Made by a program: the position numbers and the translations under genes. 64,000 nucleotides of DNA from positions 202,370,001 to 202,434,000 of the forward strand of contig NC_086100.1 in the NCBI RefSeq assembly GCF_963921235.1, read 5' to 3'. The notes beneath the pieces were generated by a model. The model had not been told where the DNA came from. It saw nothing but the letters and a program-made list of their open reading frames with translations, and made no database searches. Shown piece after piece: positions 57,998 to 64,000 of this stretch; the first letter of the stretch is position 1, and each line of letters begins with the position of its first letter. The DNA comes from Mobula hypostoma (lineage: Eukaryota).

Positions 57998-58875
57998 TGT
58001 TGGCCAGAAGAAATTTCAGTCTGATCAAGGACGGGAAGCAGACAAGTCAGTTGTCTTCGTTTCCACCCCTCCTCCCACCATTTTGTGGACTCTGTTCAAA
58101 GCCTCTCTTGCCCTTGGATAATCTAATCAGAGCAGCTGAATGTGGACACAGGAAGCTTCAAGTAATGATCTACTACACCTCAGACCAGTCTCAAACAAGT
58201 AACCATTTATTATATAAAGGGATGGACTCTGAACTGATCCTTGCTCTGGGACAATCTAATCAGAGCAATATATCTGAGACCATTCTCTGAGGAGTAATGA
58301 CTTGTTATGTAAAATGCCAGACCTGCAATCGGTAATCTCATTAGACTCTGTCTGGGTTGCCTCATTTAACTGGTGTGGACCAGTCAGAGTGTAAGGACAC
58401 AAATACACAAGGCTGGGGTGGGCAGAGCCATGAAACAATGTTGGCTGTAGCCCTGTACAATGACCAGTAAGAGGGTGACCCAGGTAGGTCAGGTGAGACT
58501 GAGCCAATGGGATGGAGATCCAATGATTCAATTGATCAGGAACAGTACGAGACTCAGGAGCTCCAAATACACAGGGGCGATAACTCTCCAGCAGCCAGAG
58601 ACCAACCATTGAGGATAAGGGGACCCCATGGACATGTGGAGATCGGGACCATGAGGAATGCCTGGCCAGTGTTTTATTTTATCCTTTCCTGAGTAAAATC
58701 TCTTTCTCCTCATTGACTGTTCATGGAATGTCAGGGGTTCTAGTAGGGAGCACGCAGGCAGTTAAGAGTGTGAACCCACCTGCTTTTTTAGTTGAAATAA
58801 TAAAAGTTACTTGTTGTTAAATACAGATTCTCTGTGCCTCACTGATCATTATTACAAGGGGTGATTCTTGTAACA
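57998..58875 (+). mobile_element. Solo LTR (878 bp)
   Basis: TGTT...AACA termini; 4-bp TSD TACC (57994-57997 and 58876-58879); AATAAA near the 3' end; splits a CR1 cleanly. Confidence 0.8.
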
Positions 58876-60329
58876 TACCGATCAGCCAATGCTCTAACCA
58901 TGCCAGTAAATTTCCTGTAATATCATGGGCTCTTATCTTGGTAAGCAGCCTGATGGGAGACATTTTGTCAAAGGCCTTCTGAAAGTCCAAATATACAACA
59001 TCCACAGCATCCCCTTTATCTATCCTACTTGTAATCTCCTCAAAGAATTTCAACAGGTTCATCAGGCAGGATTTTTCCTTAAGGAAACCATGCTGACTTT
59101 GTAGTATCCTGTACTGTGTCACCAAATACTCCATAGCCTTATTCTTAACAATTGACTCCAATATCTTCCCAACCGCTGAGGTCAGGTTAACTGGTCTATA
59201 ATTTCCTTTCTGCTGCCTTACTCTTTTGTTAAAGAGTGAAGTGTCATTTGCAATTTTCCAGTCCTCTGACACCATGGCAGAGTCCAATAATTTTTAAAAG
59301 ATCATTACTAATGCCTCCACAATCTCTACCACTACCTCTTCAGAACCCTAGGGTGCAGTTCCTCTGGTCTGGGTAACCTATGTGCCCTTGGGTATTTCAA
59401 CTTTGAGCACCTTCTCCCTTGTAATGGTAACCACATTCACTTCTCTTCCCTCGCACCCTTCAACATCAGGCAAAGTGTTAGTGTCTTCCACAGTGAAGAC
59501 TGAAGTAAAGTACTGATTTACATCTCCTTGTCCCCCGATATTATTTCTCCTGCCTCCTTTTCTCAAGGTCCTATATCCACTCTCCCTTCTCTTTTACATA
59601 CTTGAAAAAAAAGCTTTTACTATCCATTCTGATATTATATGCTAGCTTGCTTTCAGGTTTAATCTCCCCCCTCCCCACTTATTATTTTAGTTGCTCTTTG
59701 TAGGGTTTTAAAAGCTGCCCAATGCTCTGTCTTCCCGCTAATTTTTGTCACGTTGTCTGCCCTCTTTTGCTCTTACATTAGCTTTGACTTCCCTTGTCAG
59801 CCACAGTTGTACTATTTTGCCATTTGAGTATTCATTTTTCAAATATACAAGACATCCCACCCTGCAAAAACTCATTTCAGGGAGGTAGCCCCCCCCCCAC
59901 AACCCCATATCCCCACCGCCCCCCCCCCACAGTCGACCTCCAAGGGTGGATGTAATACCTTGTTTAGTGATTTTGTCTAATCTGTAAACCAAGTTGGGTA
60001 TGTGCAGCAAATGTGACATTAAAATATGTACTTATATTATATTATCATGTTTATTCTATTTCAACTTTAAGCAAGTCTACAGGGACTTTGGCCTCATCAT
60101 GTAGGACATCAATAGCATAGCTCCTTAGCAGCCAGCTAGCTAGTTTAAATAACGTTAGCTATGCTAATGAACGAATGACACCTGTTAAACTCACCTCAAC
60201 ATGTCTTTTACATTTTAACCCACCATGGGCAATAGAAAAATCACTGTTACAAACAGTGCAGTGAGCAACACTGTCATTATTTTTGAGGTCGACTGTAAAG
60301 CCCGTCCACAGAGAAAACTGATAGGTCTA

Positions 60330-60705
60330 GCAACACACATCAAAGTTGCTGGTGAACGCAGCAGGCCAGGCAGCATCTCTAGGAAGAGGTACAGTTGACG
60401 TTTCAGGCTGAGACCCTTCGTCAGGACTAACTGAAGGAAGAGTGAGTAAGGGATTTGAAAGTGGGAGGGGGAGGGGGAGATCCAAAATGATAGGAGAAGA
60501 CAGGAGGGAGAGGGATAGAGCCGAGAGCTGGACAGGTAATAGGCAAAAGGGATACGAGAGGATCATGGGACAGGAGGTCCGGGGAGAAGGGAAAGGGGGA
60601 GGGGGGAAAAAACCTAGAGGATGGGCAAGGGGTATAGTGAGAGGGACAGAGGGAGAAAAAGGAGAGAGATAGAGAGAAAAAATGTGTGTATAAAAATAAA
60701 TAACG
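60330..60705 (-). mobile_element. Penelope-like terminal-repeat insertion (longest copy) with a hammerhead
   Basis: 10-bp TSD GATAGGTCTA (60320-60329 and 60706-60715); pyrimidine-rich tract upstream of the ribozyme on the minus strand. Confidence 0.75.
60392..60428 (-). ncRNA. Minimal hammerhead ribozyme
   Basis: Minus strand AGUC-CUGACGA-AGG(GUCUCAG)CCU-GAAAC-GUC-AACUG; one mismatch in stem I. Confidence 0.7.
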
Positions 60706-61210
60706 GATAGGTCTACTTAGCAGGGGGCCGCAGTCGTTTTTGCACAGCAGACCGGTTTAATATTGACAATATCCTTGCGGACCGGCCGACAGGGGGCGGG
60801 GGTGTTAATCACAACCGGAATATAGGTGATAAGTCAATCGCATCATAACATTTTAAGTAACGTTTGGATATTAAACACACAGCGCATATTTTCCCCATAT
60901 GAACATATAAAATCATTGCAACACACCAATATCGCTGAATCAGTGGGAGCCCTGGGCTTGTTTCCCTGCAACAAGACGGTCCTATCGAGGGGTGATGGGA
61001 GACAGCGATACTCGAAGGGGGTTCCTTATGTCCAGTCTATTCCACAATTTAGTTTTCCTTGCATTCATTGCAGAGATATTTTGGAAATGGAAGCAACGTT
61101 TTCAGTGCTTTCGTGGCTATCTCAGGATATTTAGCCTTGACTTTGATCCAGAATGCTGGCAGAGATGTTATGTCAAACATACTTTTCAGCCCGTCGTCAT
61201 TTGCAAGCTT

Positions 61211-62163
61211 TCTTTCTTTTTCAATCTTTTTATTAGTTTCATAAAATATAAACATAACATAGCAATAATACAAAATTGTTGGAAATACATTGTTATACTT
61301 AAAATGAGTAATTGTAAGACCAAATAGTATAAATTGACAGAACTCCCAAACATGTAGGATAACAATGAATAATACAGGACAAAAAAAACTGGAGAAAAAT
61401 CATGAAAAAGAAAAAAAATAGAAAAAAACAAACTCCACCCCAAAAAAAAACTAACCTAAACAGAATTAGTCAACTACTCTAAAAAGACTTGGGCAATTCT
61501 AACAACGTAAAAATGGAAAAGAAGAAAACCTTAGTGTCGACGGCTCCATTGCTCTCAACCAACAGTACAGAGAAGTAAAATGAGTTTGGAAATGGTCAAA
61601 TTACATCATATGAAAATGCTGAATAAATGGCCTCCAAGTTTTTTCAAATTTAATGGAAGGGTCATAAACCACACTTCTAATTTTTTCCAAATTCAAACAC
61701 AACATAGTTTGCGAAAACTAGTGAATTACAGTAGGAGGGTTAATCTCTTTCCAATTCAGCAAAATGGATCTTCTAGCCATTAAAGTAAGAAATGCAATCA
61801 ACCGACGAGCTGAAGGGGTTAAATGATTTGAGTCTATCATTGGTAATCCAAAAATAGCAGTAATTGTAAGTCTGTATTCAAAACCGTTGAAATATCAAAA
61901 ATATCTTTCCAATATTTTTCCAAGAAAGGACATGACCAAAACATATGCGTTAAAGAAACTATCTTGGAATGACATTTATCACATATAGGATTAATATAAG
62001 AATAATAACGAGATAGTTTATCTTTGGACATATGAGCCCTGTGCACTACTTTAAACTGTATCAACACTTGTTAAGCACATATAAGGATGAATTAACCAAC
62101 TGAGGAATTTTTCCCCCCATTTTTCAATCGGTTTAATAATCTTAATCCCAATCTTAAACTGAA
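61211..62163 (-). mobile_element. 5'-truncated L1-clade LINE
   Basis: QFKVVHRAH...CDKC...THMFWSC zinc-knuckle region; 14-bp TSD TCATTTGCAAGCTT (61197-61210 and 62164-62177). Confidence 0.88.
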
Positions 62164-63081
62164 TCATTTGCAAGCTTGAGGAGTTGATCTTTTTCCCACA
62201 CTGACATGGATGATTCACTGGAGACATTCACAAATGGGTCACGGATCCACTCCTTTGCTCGTCTCGGGTCACTGATGATCTCGCGTGCGTTAAAATTCAA
62301 CAGTGCGTGACAGGGAATGAGGAAAGGTGCAGCTGACTCATATCGTTTCATATCGCCAAATCACATTGTTTCCTCGTAGCCCGGTGGTTGGGGGCCACTC
62401 TTAGCATGAAGGGAAACCAATCAGGATGCTCGCTCACCCTCTCCAAAAAATCTATTTCTGGGATATTGTATATAATTTCTGGGCGTCAGGGAGCCACTAC
62501 CGAGATGCGGGAGACTCCCGGAACTTCCTGGAGAGGTGGGATGTCTGATAAACAAACAAAAAATCTGCTGAAAATGAAATACCCAACAGCACAGCTGTAG
62601 TAATACAGATCCGGGGGCTGGGGCTGGGGACTGCGGGCCTACTGCGTGCGTTGTTTGGGAGAGTGTGAGGTGAATGATTTGTTTGTAGCATTATTTTGTT
62701 TTGTTTTACACTTTGGACGCGGCTGCTTACATCACTTGTGTTTGGTTGTCTTATAGGGGCCGTAAAGGAAATTTTTCCCCCCAGCCTATCCCTTGTCTTG
62801 GGCGGCCGTTTTTTCTTGCCTTTGCATAAACTGCTCACTAGCACTAGCGGTAGTAGAGGCCTGATCGGGGACGCAAATCGAGAAAGTCTGGAGAAGGTCC
62901 AAACACACGTTAGGCGTTAGGTGCAGTCTGGTACACCGGGGTTAAAATAGGAGTTTACTTTCATGAACTTAAATAAATACAATCACTTAATCTTTAGTAG
63001 TTCTCTCTTCACCCCCCCGCCCCAAAGTATAATAATGCAGCCCCTGCAATGTCAGTCTTACAATTATGTTCGGATTCATGG

Positions 63082-63932
63082 TGTGACGAGAATACACATA
63101 GATAAGATGTTAGCTGTCCTGTGTGATCAGCAGTTGGTCTGCCACCTGTCTTCAAGAGAGAGATAAGGGACACAATGAAACAGCATCTGGAGATGTGTAA
63201 TGAAGGGACGTGGGAGAGAGAGCTGTCTGGAGCGGCTCCCCCTTTGAACCCTGAACTGTTTGAAGTGATGGACAGGCGATACCCCAGCAGGGGGATAAAA
63301 AGGGACAGGTTCGCTAAGGCAACACACACACGACACCCGAGGTAACGAGACCCTGGAAGCGGTGCGTCTCTCACGAGTCGGTGGGAAGTATCGGACAACG
63401 CACAGGGTGGAAAGGTACGATCAGCGGGAACCCGCTGTGTGTCTACCCTCGCTTGGGTGCCGGGTTCACTGCAGAGGATCGACCGCATCTGGAGGAGAGG
63501 TCACAGTCGGTGACCTCAGGTGACATCACCAAGGACCCGCCCGAAAGCTGCTTGTGAGCAATATCGCCGGTCTGTGAGTGGAAGCCGTTTCTGAATGATC
63601 AGTCGTTCCCGTTCTCTCTCTCTCTCTCTCTCCTCCCACATTGTCCATCGCCATGGCAACGATTACTGCGAACTGAACTAAATTGGACTGAACTTTTGTG
63701 TCACTTTGAAATTTGGTCATTTACCCCTAGACAACGATAGAGCTTGATTGATGCTGTTATCTTAATTCTGTGCACATGTGTGTTTATCATTGCTGAACTG
63801 TTGCATTTATTATCCTTTTGATTACTGTGTTGCTTATTTCTTTAATAAAACTTTCTTAGTTCTAGTACTCCAGACTCCAACTGAGTGATCCATTTCTGCT
63901 GGTTTGACAACCCAGTTACGGGGTACGTAACA
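63082..63932 (+). mobile_element. Solo LTR (851 bp)
   Basis: TGTGACG...CGTAACA termini; 4-bp TSD ATGG (63078-63081 and 63933-63936); GATAAAA TATA-like motif at ~63294; AATAAA at ~63844. Confidence 0.88.
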
Positions 63933-64000
63933 ATGGAAACTTGCTCCCCTGGAGAGTTATTATGCGGGAAATGTTAGCTAATCCATCACTCTTCGGGAAC

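Larger units (their letters stand above)
55765..59848 (-). mobile_element. Antisense CR1 ORF2, tail-to-tail with the preceding CR1, hosting a LINE fragment and a solo LTR
   Basis: Minus-strand YRPVNLTS, QHGF, DFQKAFDK and SRTRGHSL. Confidence 0.8.
59849..62547 (-). mobile_element. Composite hAT element, copy 2 (inverted relative to copy 1), with later Penelope-like and L1 insertions
   Basis: Same TIRs and the same inner Charlie-like element (60721-62399); flanks ATATAC and ATAAAC (5/6 match, a probable 6-bp TSD). Confidence 0.85.

Noticed and set aside
28198..62547. A single giant transposon that captured LGALS3BP
   Set aside because: The outer flanks (GGTGAA versus ATAAAC) do not form a shared TSD, and each copy has its own TSD, indicating independent insertions.

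Overview
Eukaryotic, repeat-dense vertebrate DNA. The repeat landscape suggests a cartilaginous fish, probably a ray (inference only). One host protein-coding gene is supported: an intact galectin-3-binding protein gene (LGALS3BP; signal peptide-SRCR-BTB-BACK) on the + strand, with 5 coding exons at 34053-47302 that splice in frame to 577 aa. Upstream lie a CpG/ETS-rich region and a cluster of ISRE/IRF-like motifs. Most of the rest is nested transposable elements: many decayed CR1 LINEs (several with 5'UTR and esterase-type ORF1), RTE, Rex1/Babar-like and L1 fragments, a full-length but inactivated CsRn1-type Gypsy element (LTRs, tRNA-Trp PBS, ACCT TSD), two solo LTRs, and two inverted copies of a composite hAT-in-hAT DNA transposon bracketing the gene. 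There are also four short TSD-flanked Penelope-like terminal-repeat insertions; three carry a minimal hammerhead ribozyme and two are fold-back palindromes. Several minisatellites lie in the gene's introns and 3' region. Coordinates of decayed TE fragments are approximate and were read by eye.
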